NCBI RefSeq assembly: GCF_009914755.1
Contig: NC_060928.1
Direction: 5' to 3' (one strand)
Length of the DNA stretch: 64,000 bases
DNA from: the human T2T-CHM13v2.0 reference genome, Homo sapiens
Made by a program: the position numbers and the translations under genes. The first letter of the stretch is position 1. Each line of letters opens with the position of its first letter. The notes beneath the pieces were generated by a model. The model had not been told where the DNA came from. It was given only the letters and a program-made list of their open reading frames with translations, and did not search any database. Below, one piece after another: positions 13,124 through 28,895 of the stretch.

Positions 13124-13570
13124 GTCATTCATTCACCCATTTACCAAATATGTGTTTTATCTATACCGTATATGCCAACATTCTGGCAAAGCTACAGATG
13201 TGATGAACAAGACTGACTCAATCCTTTATAGAGTTTGGAAACTAAAAATGAGACAGCAATAACAAAACAACATATAAGAAAATAAAAATTTCAATAAAAT
13301 TATTTTAATGTTTATAATATGTTATGAAGAAAACAAAATAATTTCCTATGTAAAGAACAGTTTGGATGAATGCAAGAGGGAACTGGTTTGATTGGTTAGA
13401 AGGCTTAATTGGCATGAAAAGGAAAGATGATACCTGATTGGTTTCAAAGGGTAGCAGAGAAGGAAAGAAGAAAAAAGGATTCAAACCATAGTTTGGATAA
13501 AGAATTGATGGGAACGGATAATGACTTGAATATTGAGTATAAGAGGAAATGTCAAAGACTAAATCCCATT
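13124..13570 (-). mobile_element. L2 3' end
   Basis: cattcattcacccattt tail followed by tgatgaacaagactgac, an L2 motif. Confidence 0.55.
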
Positions 13571-13758
13571 TTATTTTGTTGGAGCTAATTTTTCCACTCG
13601 CACTTTCTATGGTATTAACTCTCTGAGTTTCCTTCACATCTGCCTTACTTACTTTCCCTGTATTATACAATCTTCTGTCCTCCTAGGATATTGTATATTG
13701 CAAAAGAGCACTGTATTTATAATACTGCATGTCTATATTTTTCAAATTCAGTTGAATC

Positions 13759-15725
<1,967 letters not shown>

Positions 15726-15753
15726 CCAGTTACTTTAAGTTTTTCAGGAAAAG

Positions 15754-16210
15754 GTACAAGCAGCACTGTGACTCAGGCCACAGCACCCATCAGAATCCAT
15801 GGTACTTGAGTTTCTGTGCAGAAAAACATTTTGTGTTGAGCCTATGACAAGTCACCATGACAGATTCACAGACTCCCAGGGTTCTAGAGCAAATCCATCC
15901 CATCTGCAGCAGATATTCTTTCAAAAGAGGTGCCTGGCATGTTATTGTGCCTAAGTAGCAGTGAGGCATCTGGTGATGATACATCAAGTGATTCTGGTAA
16001 AATTGCCCAGCCCATCATAAGTGCCTTCTATAAAACTCACCAAATTTTAAGGCCTAGAGGCCCAGCAGGAATACATTTATGAAACCAAAGTGGTATTTCA
16101 GGGATCAGGTTGAAAGGACAGAGTAAACTGTACAAAGAGGTGGTTCAGGCCACAGTGTCATCCGTCTCTAGTACATTAATATGAAATTCCAGCTCACAGC
16201 TATGGCCTCA
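15754..16210 (+). pseudogene. ERVL pol remnant (RT-RNase H connection region), opposite orientation
   Basis: Plus-strand translation gives VQAAL*LRPQHPSESMVLEF and PGF*SKSIPSAAD, resembling ERVL VQAALPLGPYDPADPMVLEV and PLGFWSKAMPSAA. Confidence 0.75.
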
Positions 16211-16229
16211 AAGCAAAGAACAGAACATG

Positions 16230-16530
16230 ATATTGGGGAATATTGTTTAGAATCTCAAAGAATGGATGGAATGAAGAGTGTGAGTGGGTTCTGACAGAGA
16301 TAAGGCTGATAAGAGGAAGAAAAGTCAGTCTTGATAGACCCTGTAAATCTTGTTAAAAAATTTTAAACTTAACCCTAAGGGCCACTATTAAAGGTTTTTA
16401 GTCAGGTTAATGACATGAACAATACCAGGTTACAGAAAAATAACTCTGACTTCAGTATAATCAGTAGAGAGAATGTCAAGGCAAGGGAGGGAAGAAATGT
16501 CTTTTAGGAGGTTATTATAATGAGGCATGA
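16230..16530 (-). mobile_element. L2 fragment
   Basis: gagataaggctg...ccactattaaaggtttttagtcagg...aactctgacttcagt are antisense L2 motifs. Confidence 0.5.
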
Positions 16531-16601
16531 GCTTCAGACAGTATTCATAACTTCTCCCCTTGGCATATGCATGTGCCTTATACTAAAAATCTACCAAAAT
16601 A

Positions 16602-16851
16602 CCCTTGGCCCTGCATATCTGTGAGTTCCACAACTTTGGGCTCAACCAACCATAGACAAAAAAGTATTCTGAAAAACAAAAACAATAAAAAATAATGATA
16701 CAACAATAAAAGTAATCCAAATTTTAAAACAATACAGAAAATAACTGCTTACATGGCATTAACATTTTATTCAATATTATAAGTAATATAGAGATGATAT
16801 AAAGTACATGGGAGGATATATGCATATTATATGCAAATAAGGGACTTGAGT
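16602..16851. mobile_element. Tigger3/MER2-family DNA transposon MITE, one end missing
   Basis: ggccctgcatatctgtgagttcc...caaccaacc...tattataagtaatatagagatgat...aagggacttgag. Confidence 0.8.
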
Positions 16852-16861
16852 AACCATTGAT

Positions 16862-17745
16862 GCAATCTAATGTGCACCTTGAAAAACTAGAAAAGCAAGA
16901 GCACATCAAACCTAAAATTAGTAGACAAAAACAAATAACAAAATCAGGGCAGAAATAAGTGAAAAAAAAGTAAAGAACACAAAACAAAAGATCAATGAAA
17001 CAAAAAGTTGGTTGTTTGAAAAGATAAAATTGACAAAACTTTAGCCAGACCATTTAGGAAAAAAAGAGAAATGATTCAAATAAAAAAATCAGAGATGAAA
17101 AAGGAGACATGATAATTGACAGTGCAAACATTCAAACAATCATTAGTGGATACTATGACCAACTATATGACAATAAATTGGAAAACCTAGAAGAAATGGA
17201 CAAATTTCCAGACACATACAACTTACCAAGATAGAACCAGGAAGAAATCCAAAACATGAACAGACCAATTAGAAGTAATGAGATCAAAGGTGTAAGAAAA
17301 AGTATCCCAGTACAGAAAAGTTTGGGATGTGATGACTTCACCGCTGAATTCTACCAAACATTTAAAGAAGAACTAATACCAATCCTACTCAAACTATTCC
17401 AAAAAATAGAGAAGGAGGGAATACTTCCAAACTCATTCTATGAGGTCAATATTACCCTGATACCAACACCAGACAAAGACACATCAAAAAAAAAAAAAAA
17501 AAGAAAAAAGAAAAAAGAAAAGAAAAGAAAAGAAAACTGCAGGCCAATATCTCTAATGAATATTGATGCAAAAAACCTCAACAAAATACTAAGAAACTGA
17601 ATTAAAAAATACATTAAAAAGGTGATTCATCATGACTGTTATTTATTACTGTGATGCAAGGATGGTTCAACATATGCAAATCAATCAATGGGATACAGCA
17701 TATCAATAGAATAAAGGACAAAAACCATAGGATTGTTTTCAAATA
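16862..17745 (+). pseudogene. L1 ORF2 fragment (Z domain / start of reverse transcriptase), disrupted
   Basis: ORF 17256-17600 contains [36 protein letters not shown] and [11 protein letters not shown]; A-rich expansion at about 17486-17535. Confidence 0.95.
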
Positions 17746-18220
17746 GCCACTGCTTTCAAGTTTATTTAGAACCCCAGAGCATATTAGCCCATGGTGGCGA
17801 GGCTGACCACTGGTGTGGGTGGTTCCTCTCTGGCTAGGGCTGGTCTAAATGCCCCCTAGTGCATGGGTGTCACCTGAGTTTAGCCCAGTTTTGCTTTCCA
17901 GTGTGACAGAGCAGCACTGAGTTCAATGCAGGGTCCCACAGTTGCTGTGGTCTCTCTCCCCAAGCACACAGATTCTCTGTGCTATGCAGCTGCTGCCAGG
18001 GGGATGAGAGAGAGCTGGCATCACCAATTCAAGACTGTGTTTCCTACTCTCTTCAATCTTTCTTTTAGTGATAGGAAGTTAAAACCAGGTACTGTGATTG
18101 TTCACCTGATTTTTGCCTTTTAAGAAAATGCTTTTTAAACGTAGATAGTGGTTAAATAGGTGTTCCTGCAAGAAGGATGATTGGTGAAAGGGTCTATTCA
18201 GCCGTCTTGGTCTGCCTTCC
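17746..18220 (-). mobile_element. L1 5' UTR (L1PB/L1MA-type), antisense
   Basis: ggctagggctggtctaaatg...gcagcactgagttcaatgc...aaaccaggtactgtgatt; ends at gccgtcttg, the degenerate YY1 element (CAAGATGGC) of the L1 5' end. Confidence 0.8.
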
Positions 18221-18409
18221 TCTATATTGTTTAAGGATATACTCATATAAGGAGAAACACTAAGGAAAATCAAGGGAATCATAATTTCAGAACACAGGAT
18301 AGTGTTTAACTATGGAATGTGGGGAATCTATAGAGGTCTTCCAATACATTAAAAACATTCTATTTTTCAAATGTGAGAGAAAATATACACATGCTTATTT
18401 TATTAAAGT

Positions 18410-18860
18410 GTATTTTTAATTTGGATATAGTAAAATTTACTCCTTTTGCCTTTAGTTAAAAAAGACTAATGTTTTGACTAATGCATAGAGTTATGAAACC
18501 ATTAACACAGCCAAGATGAGATACAGATTTATACCATCCCATCCCTGCAAATTTCCTTGTGCTACCCCTTTGGAGCCATACCCTCCCCTAACTATGAACT
18601 CTTGTCAACTGCTGATTTATAATCCATCTCTAGAGTTTCACCTTATATAGAATAAACTTTAAATGAAGTCATAAAACATGTAGCATTTTGATTCTGACTT
18701 CTCTCACTTAGCATAATGTAATTGGGATTTACCTATATTGTTGCATGGATCAATAGTAGTTTGTTCCTTTTTAGTGCTAAATAGTATTCCATTGTATGTA
18801 TGTACCATTGTTGGTTTATCCTAGGTATAGAACAATTTGGAATCTTTCTAGTTATTGCCT
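18410..18860 (-). mobile_element. L1MD/ME 3' end
   Basis: gacttctctcacttagcataatg...gtagtttgttcctttttagtgctaaatagtattccattgtatg. Confidence 0.75.
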
Positions 18861-19124
18861 CATTTTAGTTTTTTTCTTGATATATTACCCATATACTAAA
18901 TAATATTTTATATATATTCAATGTATAATAAAAACTAGTCCAAATAAAGCAAATAAAGCAAAGGAAAACTGATTTGAAACATATCAATAATTATAAAATT
19001 TGTTCAAATCTAAATGAGGTATTGCATAACATAGTATATGTTGCCATTTTATGGGGGAAAATCTAAGGGATTGAAATCTGTTATAAGCATTTTGTGACTA
19101 CATTGGTACTTTATTTTCATGGCT

Positions 19125-20470
19125 TACTGGAGAAAAAATATTATTTTCGACAGTACTATAGATCACATTTGGAAATCCATATGCAAAAACAAAATTACAG
19201 CTTAAATCAAACATACAGTTTAACAAAAAATGCATCATATACCTAAATGTAAATTACTTAAGTGTAAAACTTTTAGTAGAAAACATAAGAGAAGATATTC
19301 CTGAACTGTACTTAGGCGAAAAGTTCTTAGACATGATGCCAAAATTATAACGCGCACACACGTGCATGCACACACACACACGCACACACACACAGACACA
19401 CACACTCTCTCTCTCTCTGAAAGATAAATTGAACTTCATAAAAATTAAAACTTTTGCTCTGTTAAGAATACTTTCACAAAACTGAGAAGACAAGCTATAG
19501 TCTGGAAGAAAATATTTGCACATCACATATATTATAATGAATCGCATCCTAAATGTATAAAGAACTTTCAAGACTCACATTTAAGAAAATAAAATTCTAA
19601 TTAGAAATAGGCAAAATAATTGAATAGACACTTCACCAAAGAATATAAAGAATATATCTAGATGATTGATAAGATGGTTATCTTCAGCATCATTAGTCAG
19701 TAGAGAAGTACAAATTAAATTCATAGGAGACCATGACATACCCATAAAAAGGACAACAATGTATATAGATATCTAGAGAGATAAATAGATAGATAGATAT
19801 CCGTACTGCAAAGTGCTGGCAGGGATGTGGAACAACTAGAATTCTCATGTATTGTTGTTGGGGGGCAAAATGGTACAACTACTCTGGAAAAGTATTGCCA
19901 CTTCTTGTGCAGTTATACATATGCTTACCATATAACCCTATGATCCTATTATTGATATTTCTCTAGAGAAATAACTTCTTTTCACTCAAATATCTGTACA
20001 TGAATGTTTATAGGAATTCTATTTATAATCACTAACAACTGGGAAACAAACCAGCTGACTTTCAATAGATGAATAGACATTTAAACTGTGGTACATTTGT
20101 ACAATGGAACATTACTCAGTAATAAAATTAAACAAATTTTGATATGAACAACACAAAAATTTGGATGAATCTCAATAGCCTTATGTTGAGTGAAAGGAAC
20201 AAGTTTCAAAATGTTATATATTATATGATTCTATTTATGTGACATTCTGGAAGTGACAAAACTATAGTGATAGAGAAGAGATCAATGTGAGGGTTTGGAC
20301 TTGGGAGGAGGATATAATTATGAAGAGGGAGCATAAAGAAGTTTGGGGGTATTGAAATGGTTGCATTTTATGATTGTGGAGATAGTTATATGAATCTATA
20401 CATGTAATAAAATTTATTAAACAGTACTACTAAACTATCAGTGTTACTGTATAATAATAATTTTTAAATT
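19125..20470 (+). mobile_element. L1MD/ME ORF2 end plus 3' UTR
   Basis: aaacttttagtagaaaacataagag...aatagacacttcaccaaaga...aaactgtggtacat...ggatgaatctca; contains (CA)n(CT)n at 19351-19419 and a short (GATA)n near 19780. Confidence 0.85.
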
Positions 20471-20499
20471 TTAGTCACGAAATATTATCATGGGGCTGA

Positions 20500-22190
20500 T
20501 TTCTGGATCCTTAATTCCTTCTCTTACTGGACTCCTTAAGCACAGTTGCCATTATTGACAAATCCTTCTACCTTTATATTTTGTATTCCTTTGAGTTGAA
20601 ACATCACACTCTTCTAGTTTTTCTCCCATCTCTTTTCTAAATATACTTTGTAGATTGATGCTCCCATCTGTAATGTTAAATGCCAGAGTTTTTCAGAGTT
20701 TAGTCCTATTTTTATTTTCCTTTGCTTCAATGATACCATATTCCCCATGTTTATGTATACCATCAAAAATATAAGTAATTTTCAATTTTCTATGTTGAGC
20801 CCAGATTTATTCTTCGTGCCTGACAGAGCTATTCAACACTGTGTTGTTTCACAGGCACTTTCATATGTAGTAAGTCCAAACTGAAGCCATAAGCTTTTCC
20901 AACCCCTTCTTGAAAAGGCCTTGTCCTTTCTATTCCATGATGTCCTTCATCTGTGAATCATCCCTCCAACTCTATTGTGCAAGTAAGAACTGATAATTCA
21001 CTCTTGAAATATCTTTTTATATTACCTCCAATATATAATCCACCAATTATCAATGTTGAATATTTCTCTTAAGTAGCTTCTGAGCTCATCTTTGTATCTC
21101 CAGCAGCATGTCATCGCTCACCTCGACTTCTGCCGTGGCTTCTAGAATGACAGTCCTGCAAGCACACTTGCCTGCCTCTAGTCTATTATACCCAAACCCT
21201 AGTCGGAGCAATTACTTCAAAATGTCCCCCACTTTAAAATCCTTTACTGGCTACCAATTTCTTAGGTATCTCATTCAATTCAGCCTCCTATAGACTGGGT
21301 GGCTTATAAACAAACTGCCATAGACTAGGTGGCTTATAAACAACAGAAATTTATTTCTCGTGTTTCTTGAGGCTGGGGATTTTTAGGCCAAAGTACCAGC
21401 AGATACTGTGTTTGTGAGGGCCTGCTTCCTGTTATATATACAGTCATCTTTACGCTGTGTCCTCACGTGGTGGAAGGGGCAAAGAAGCTGTCTGGGATCT
21501 CTTTTATGGGGGCACTAATCCCATTAATAAGGGTTCTAACCTCATGACTTAATCACCTTCCCAAAGCCCCACCTCTTAATACCATGACCTTGAAGGTTAA
21601 AATTTCAACATATAAATTTCAGAGGGACACAAATATTCAGAGCACAGCATAGGGTAAATATAAAATCTTTTGAGGTCTTACTGTAGTCAGTGCCCATCTT
21701 GTTAACTTCCTGTTCACTATGCCCACCATGGTGGCTTCCTCCCATGCCATGTTTTTGCCCTCGCGTGCTTTTCTAGCCAAATCTGCAGTCTTTTTGCACT
21801 CTCAAGTCTTCAATTCTCCTCCCTATGTGCCTTAGCACATGCTTTTCCCTTTTCCCCAGATGTCTCATCTTCAGTTTCATTTACCTAGTTAATACCTACT
21901 CATTCTTATATCTGAACGAAAATGCCTATTTTTCAGGGATGTTTTCTAAACATATCATTTTCTCATGATGCATGTGTACACACATACATACACTGTCAGG
22001 GATGCCTCTTATTTTCTTCATACTGCTTGTAATACTTTTAAATTACACATTTATTTGTGTGATTAGTTAATATATTATAATTTTTCCTTCTGGATTATAA
22101 GTTTCAGAAGAGCAAGAGCTGTGACTAGTTTTGCATTTCCCTGTTAAGGCCAAGGCCTGAAAAAATGTTTAGCACACAGTTATTTAGTCA
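20500..22190 (+). mobile_element. L2 element, split by MLT1A
   Basis: Diverged L2 ORF-end and 3' motifs on both sides of the LTR (cctagttaatacctactcattc..., ggattataagtttcagaagagcaagag). Confidence 0.55.
21267..21649 (-). mobile_element. MLT1A/MLT1A0 MaLR solo LTR
   Basis: ggtggcttataaacaacagaaatttatttctc...gggcactaatcccatt...gggacacaaatattcagagcacagca. Confidence 0.85.
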
Positions 22191-22979
22191 ACATCGCACA
22201 GATATCCCATTGCTCGTAGTAATGAGACAGTTATTGTGGGGAAGGATTGATCTGACTCAATTTCCGCATTAGAGGAAAGTCACAGCAGCAGTTAATGCTG
22301 TTCCCCTTCTCCCAGCCTCTTCCTCAATAGGTAATCTTTGCCAACTGTGTGTTGTGGCTGCCACACGTAGGCTTCTGCACCACAGACTCAACCATGCCAT
22401 GTCTTAGATCCAGCTCCAACTCCTTGGAGTCTGGTGAACTATTGGTTTTAGCTGGAATAAAATGTTACTTTATGTGTAGTTACTCTCAATGTAATGAGCC
22501 CCCTCATGCACTTTTGCATGTTCTTTTCTTTTTCTTGTAAAGAGTGCTGTAAGTTTCTGGCATGTGTGTGAAAGACATCTCCCCTCGTTTCAATCATTCA
22601 TGCCTATTTGTTCCTATTTTCAGATTTATTTGGGAAGGGAGTTAAAACAACATCACCTCTTCTTGACATCTTGAACTAGGGGTTCAATGTTGTGCATGTG
22701 TGTGTTTACATAGGGAGTGAGGTGTGGATGGGAATGGGTTATTGGTTGTGCTATCCCCTAGTCTCCACTTGTTAAAAGTTAAATATAAATGAATTATGAT
22801 ATGAAGATATCACTCTTTAACTCAGCAGATCTTAACTATTTTTGTTTTCATACATACTCGAGTATTTCATAAGTTGCAGAAGCTTACCATGGTATAAAGA
22901 GGAAGGAATGTTTTTCCCTCTTCTCAGCCCCTCAGGAGAATCTCTGGTGCATTCAGTGCTTTTATAAAGCCCTAATACC

Positions 22980-23690
22980 AAACACATGTCCCTCCCTCCT
23001 TCAATATCCTTTTTTTCTAATTCAGTGAGCAGCCTTATTATTCCAAGTAGTCCAACACATAATGATATCTGATTAATCTTCAGAAAACACTGCTGTGATC
23101 ATGTCACTTTCTTGATCAGAAACCATGCCTCTGACTCCCCATTGGCTGGGAGATAGTTCCCAGAATCTTGATATGTTGGTATGTAACTTTTCTTCTCTCT
23201 CCAAAACTGAATGTTCACTATCCACAAAACTGCAATTATTTGCTCCGTCTGGAGATTTTCCCTTACCATGTGTCTTGCTTGAATAACCTTACAGTATTTC
23301 CGCTAACCCCCTCATTGGCCTTCACTCTCTAAGGCTTACCACCACAGCCTACCCAAATCTGTTCTATGATATCAGACTACAAAATCATGAGTCTTTCTCT
23401 CACCATTCCAAAATGAAGTGATATTTCTGTCCTCTGAATGCCTAATGTGCTCACCACATTTTTAGTAATTAATCACTTACTTCAGGTTGCTTCCTATCCT
23501 AATGGTGCATTCACTTCCATTTAAATCTATTTCTGATATTTAAGTTTTGTAATTACGGCTTGAGTTCCCAAATGGATAGATTTAAGCATTTTAAGAGCAG
23601 GAAATGCTTATATTTCTTGGTATCCTCAAATGCACCCACCGCAGTGCCTTTCCTATTTATTATATGTGCTCATAAATATTTTCATTTTAT
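22980..23690 (+). mobile_element. L2 fragment
   Basis: tgatcatgtcacttt...ctccccattg motif and terminal gtgctcataaatatt. Confidence 0.45.
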
Positions 23691-26329
23691 TTTTCTGAAA
23701 TTGTTCCAGACTATGCAACTGTGTCCTGCACAATAATTGCTGCTTTTTCAAGATGAGCCATGTCATCTTTCGAGCACAGTATGAAAAGTGTAACTAAATT
23801 GAGGCATTAAACAATTATGGCAAAAAGATGAGACAAGTGAAAACTGCAGAGAAAAGATCAGTGAATATAGAACAAAAAGAAAAAAAAGACAGAAAACCAA
23901 AAGAGATAATTTATCTTATGTCACCATCTCTTGTCAATCAGCAGAAAATAATTTTTGAAGGAGTTGTTAAGGGGTATAGAAGAGAGTCAAACTTTCTGAC
24001 CTTAAGGGAAGAAATAAAACAAAAGAATATGGAGACATGGCTTTTGCTTTTAAAGGTTAACCCTAATTTTTAGTCATTAATGGGATGTGGGATCTCTTGG
24101 ACCAACTCCTGAATTGAAGTTAGTGACGATGCCATCAATCTATCTGTCTGTTACTGGCAAAGGCATTAGGACAAATTCAGCACAAATGAAGAGTAAGACA
24201 GATACCCTCTCAAAGGTTGAATTGAATGATAATACTTGGAATTTTCTAGAATTAAGACTTAAAGAAAAAAAATCTCCTTTTGAGTTTTGCATGAATTTGT
24301 CCTCACTATATTTTGACATATAATTCTTTTCTCCCTCTTTCTTACCTCTTTGTCTTATAGCTCCTGAGGAACATCGTGCAATTTGATTCAAAAATTATAT
24401 TGGTCTCCATTACCGAAAAAAAGCACTCAAGTATATTTTCAGAGCAGTCCTTCTAATAGCCTGCTGATGCAAAAAGAAAAAAAAAAGTAGGAACAATACT
24501 AAGAATAACCAGCCTATAATATACATATAGAATGATGTATATGGCTAAAAACAGTGTTTTAATATGACAAATTTAAAAAATTCCAACCCATTCCTTGACA
24601 TTTTCAGTCCTAATGTTCTTTTTCAGTTATAGCAATTTAATCCTTTTAAGCATGCTTTTTTCCCCTTTCCTTTGATTCATTTTAGCTGAATGAATTGAGG
24701 CTAGTTTCAAATCATAGCGTAGAATATTAAATGCAAATGTTAGCAGCTGATTAAAAATGGTAGGTTTGTTCAATAAAAATAGAACTTAGCTTAAAAATAT
24801 AAAGTTGCGATTTTTTTCAAATTATTGATATAGTAACATTTTAATGATTAGCAGCACAGAGAACCTCCTCTCTGAAGGCATATAGAAGCTAAAAGACCTT
24901 ATTTTTTCCTTTTACGATATTTTGCTTTCTCTTTGTGTGCTCCTCCCAATTTTCCCAAACTCTCTCAACTCCCCCGCCACTGCCAACACACACTCATTAC
25001 CTAATCTTCATCTTTGTTTTCTCAGCTTGAAAAAGGTACTGGAAAGGAACAGCCAACTCCTTCTTAAGGGTTTGTGAGTGTAGATGGGGCACAACTAAGA
25101 ACATATCCTTACCCATGTGCATAAATACCTTCAGCCTCAAGAGCCAGTGGTACATTCTAATTCTCTGACACGAATAACAAAACTTCCAATGTACATTGAT
25201 TCTTCATCTCCACATTCCTGCAGCAGTCCTCCTGACTACTGGCTTGATTCTCTGTGAGCCCCATACTTCCTGGGCTAAATGGATAGTGCATACACACAGC
25301 CTTAAAACGGCCACTAGAAATAAATGCAGAAAAGGTTGTAGAGAGATGCTAAAGGGCCCATGAGCTCCATCAGCCATGAGAACCATTAGTTTGCCCTAGG
25401 TTTTCCCAGGATATCATTATATAGTAAGTACAACCCATAAAGTCTTATTGATCATCGCATTGCTTTCTTGTGAGCCCTAATTGTCTTCGACAAAAGTGCA
25501 GCCTGGCAATCAAATTCCCCAGAGAGATTTGGTGGTATTTTTGAATCTGAAGCTTCAAGGATACTTAATAAAAATATTTATTTTTCTACATTCTAGTTGT
25601 TGTTATCTATGTCTTATAAATTGAAAATGGCTCACCTTAATAACTCCCAAGGTTTTTATTTCCTTGACCCTTTTCCCTGTCTCTTTTACCTTGCATGAAC
25701 TTTATTTTTCATACAGAAATGTGGTATGCAGAACTGCCTGCAGCATTTTCTGCAAACTTCCCCTTTACCTTCCAATGTAAAATGACAAAACTGCAGATTA
25801 AAATATAAATAATGGGGGATTGCAATCTTTCCATTATTCCAGAAATGAAATATAATACTTTGAGCATTTCTGAAGTTTGAGAACACTTAAGATCAATCCA
25901 GCTATGAGACAGGTAGTATCTATATAGGAAAAAGAAATCATGTGGCTGTGTGAGTACTATTTAGAGGCTATTAAACTACAGTAGTATCCAAATTCTTGAA
26001 TAAGAGCTAAAATAAAACAAAATTCTTTTGTAATTAAAAAGCAATTTTAATATATTGTAATTGGTAAAGAAGTTTATATTCTCAAAGCAAGAAGGTATAT
26101 TTCAGAATCTGACATTGAAGGCTATGCCTACATATCAAGACCTACACAAAGGAATCACCTTCGCCTAATTTTAGTCTGTCCTTGACCTTCTCTTAAACTA
26201 GCCTTCCTCTAGGTAGCACCTGTCAGAAAGCTTGACTTTGCACTTACTTGACACTCCAATGTGACCTATCTCTACCATCATCTTCCTCTTGAGTTTGTCT
26301 GGCATATTCTTTGCCCTCAATTCTTTCTT

Positions 26330-26800
26330 GCTAACTGTGTATTTGTTGATCATTTTTTAAAGTTTGTATGTAGAAGAAGCACAAGAGAGCATTTCAAATC
26401 AACGTAAATTTTTTGGAATGCCCCATATCATAATGATTTTAGAGATGCAAATATTAACTATACATGGTCTCTGCCCTCAAGACATTCACAACCTGGTGGA
26501 AAGGTTACAAAACAAGCAATTACCATACATTGTGCTATGTAAAATAATGGACACATGCACAGGATTCTATGAGAGCACAGAAGAGAGGCTTCTAACTCAG
26601 CCTAAAGGACTAAGGAGTAAAAAAAGTAAGAAAAAGAAAAAGGTTTTCTTGAGTTCTGTTTTGAATAACAATTCAGAGTTAGGCATGTGGAAGACAAAAT
26701 GTATTTCTTCTGGGCAGAGAAAGTGGCATAAGGAATAATTAGAGAGACAACAAACACGATGCAGTTGAGTTGGTCAGGAAATACAAGTAGCTGGAACAAT
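26330..26800 (-). mobile_element. L2 3' region
   Basis: catggtctctgccctcaagacattcacaacctggtgg...tatgagagcacagaagagagg. Confidence 0.65.
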
Positions 26801-26811
26801 AGAACAATTCT

Positions 26812-27052
26812 CTTTTTTCTTTTTTTTTTTTTTCAGAGACAGGGTCTCACTTTGTCACCCAGGCTGGAGTGTAGTGGTGCAATCATAGCCCACTGCAATC
26901 TTGAACTACTGGGTTTAAGCAATCTTTCCACCTTAGCCTCCAAAGTCCCTGGGATTACAGGTGTTTGCCATCATGCCTGGTGAATTAAAAAAAAAAAAAA
27001 TGTATAGACAAGGTCTCACTATGTTGTCTAGGCTAGTCTTAAGCTCCTGGGC
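26812..27052 (-). mobile_element. AluJ, 5'-truncated
   Basis: gagacagggtctcact...gcaatcatagcccactgca; the left arm stops at aagctcctgggc. Confidence 0.9.
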
Positions 27053-27178
27053 CAGCACCATCAGCATCCTGAGAAATTGTTAGAAATACTACTAAACCAC
27101 ATCTCATTGCTACTTAGTAGGCTTAGAAATCTGTGTTTGAACAAGCTCTCCAAGTGATTCGGACATGCACAGTGTTTT
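27053..27178. mobile_element. MER5A (hAT-Charlie) fragment
   Basis: catcagcatcctgagaaattgttagaaat...aaatctgtgtttgaacaagctctccaagtgattc. Confidence 0.75.
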
Positions 27179-28677
27179 ATATCATGATCAGAATACCAAG
27201 CTTCACCCTACTTATCACAAGGTACCACTGAGTGATTTTACTAATGAGTATTCCATAACTAGATTTGATGTTTCAAGAGAAAATTTTGGTGGCATTACAA
27301 AAAAAGATGTTATTATCTTCAGATTATTTTCAGTTTGATAATCTTAAAAGGTAAACATTTCTCTGAATAGAGATTTTTATTCATGAACATCCAACTTGAG
27401 CCTCTCCCCAGAAGCTATTGCTTAGATGCAGTGAAATCTTGCTGCTCCTGCTTATCATTTTTGTTAGAAAAATTCAAAGAGCAAATGAATATAAGCTAAA
27501 ACTTTGCCCAAATGTTTATGTGTTAACAACACAATATACAAAATTTATCTGCCATTTAAAATAATATGTAAAATTTATCTGAACTAGTGAGATAGACTTT
27601 GAAGCATTTTTTCATACCAGTTAAAACAGGATATTTTCACCAGGTAATTTTAAATAATAAAATTTCTGCAATGACTTTCTATGTGATACAGTTTTATTGT
27701 TTTGGTTTTGTTTGGAGATTGTTTAAATACTGAAATATGGTCAATTTAGATTGTTGAAGTTTATCTGCAGATAAAAATAGTAAATTTTACCATAAGGTAA
27801 GCGGTGGAAGAAAAAAAATAACACATTCTTTTACATCAATATTAAAGAGCAAGAAAGTTTTGTTTTAGTATTTTTTTATAGATAAAAATGCATATTTAAT
27901 GTGAGAGGCTTTATTTAAGTGAATTCTTAATCCTTTGTTAGTGTTCAATGAAAAGTTCCCATTTTATAAATTTCCTTCACATAGTTTAAGTCTGTCTGTT
28001 TATCCTAAATGTATCTGTGACTAATATAAATGAGATTTTCATCTCTATTAATCAACATTTCAATACCAGTAATTACTTGGTCAGCCCTTTCTTTGACTTA
28101 CATTTTTGCTGCTGTGGTAGAAATCAAGCACACTGGAAAATGAAAATGAATAATAACTGACATCAAGCCAGCTCCGTGAGTTTGTACAAAATTGTATTTC
28201 CTAAAAGTCACTTTCAGATACTAGTCTGTTGCACGCAACAAAACGGTTCACATTTCCATGCTTACTCTGAAACTGACCTTAGGCTGCTGTCTTAATTGAG
28301 GTACCTAGGAGTACCATTCTTAAATCAGCTTAAACCATTCAAATTGAATAATTTATGAAGTGACTTCTTTATGGAATTCAATTTTCTATTTTGGTCTTTG
28401 GTTATTTAATATATATAACAAGCCAAAAAACAATGTTTGTTAAAATCTTCTATAATTACTTATAATTGCATTAATATACTTAAATATAATGGGTTTTTTC
28501 AGAAACTTTGCTATTTCCAGTATTCTCTTGAAAAACTATTATTCACATTTATACTCACAATTACTCAACTTTTTTCATTATAATTCACAATAAGAAGTTC
28601 TATTTCAATCTGTGTATAGAACAGAACCAGTGGGAAAATTGCAATGCAATGTTGTTTTATGTTTTAAAGAGCATAAT

Positions 28678-28895
28678 GATAATAATAGTATACAAACATT
28701 AGTAGAGTGCTTTATACACATTATCTCATTTCATCCTCACAATTGTACAAATGTATAAATATCATTCTACTTTATAAATAAAATCACTATGGCTGTGATA
28801 ATTTAGTCTGTTTGCTCATAGTCCTATTGGTAATAGGAGGGAAATTTCAGACTTAACTCAGATTTTCAATTTCCTAGACCCATGTTCACCTCATT
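28678..28895 (-). mobile_element. MIR SINE
   Basis: gtgctttatacacattatctcatttcatcctcacaa is the MIR core. Confidence 0.7.

Noticed and set aside
17256-17600. Reverse-transcriptase-like ORF as a functional RT or retron system
   Set aside because: It is a short, disrupted L1 ORF2 fragment with a poly-A expansion that stops before the catalytic core.
18410-20470. Oppositely oriented L1M 3' ends as one inverted duplication
   Set aside because: The copies look too diverged from each other; two independent ancient insertions is the simpler explanation.
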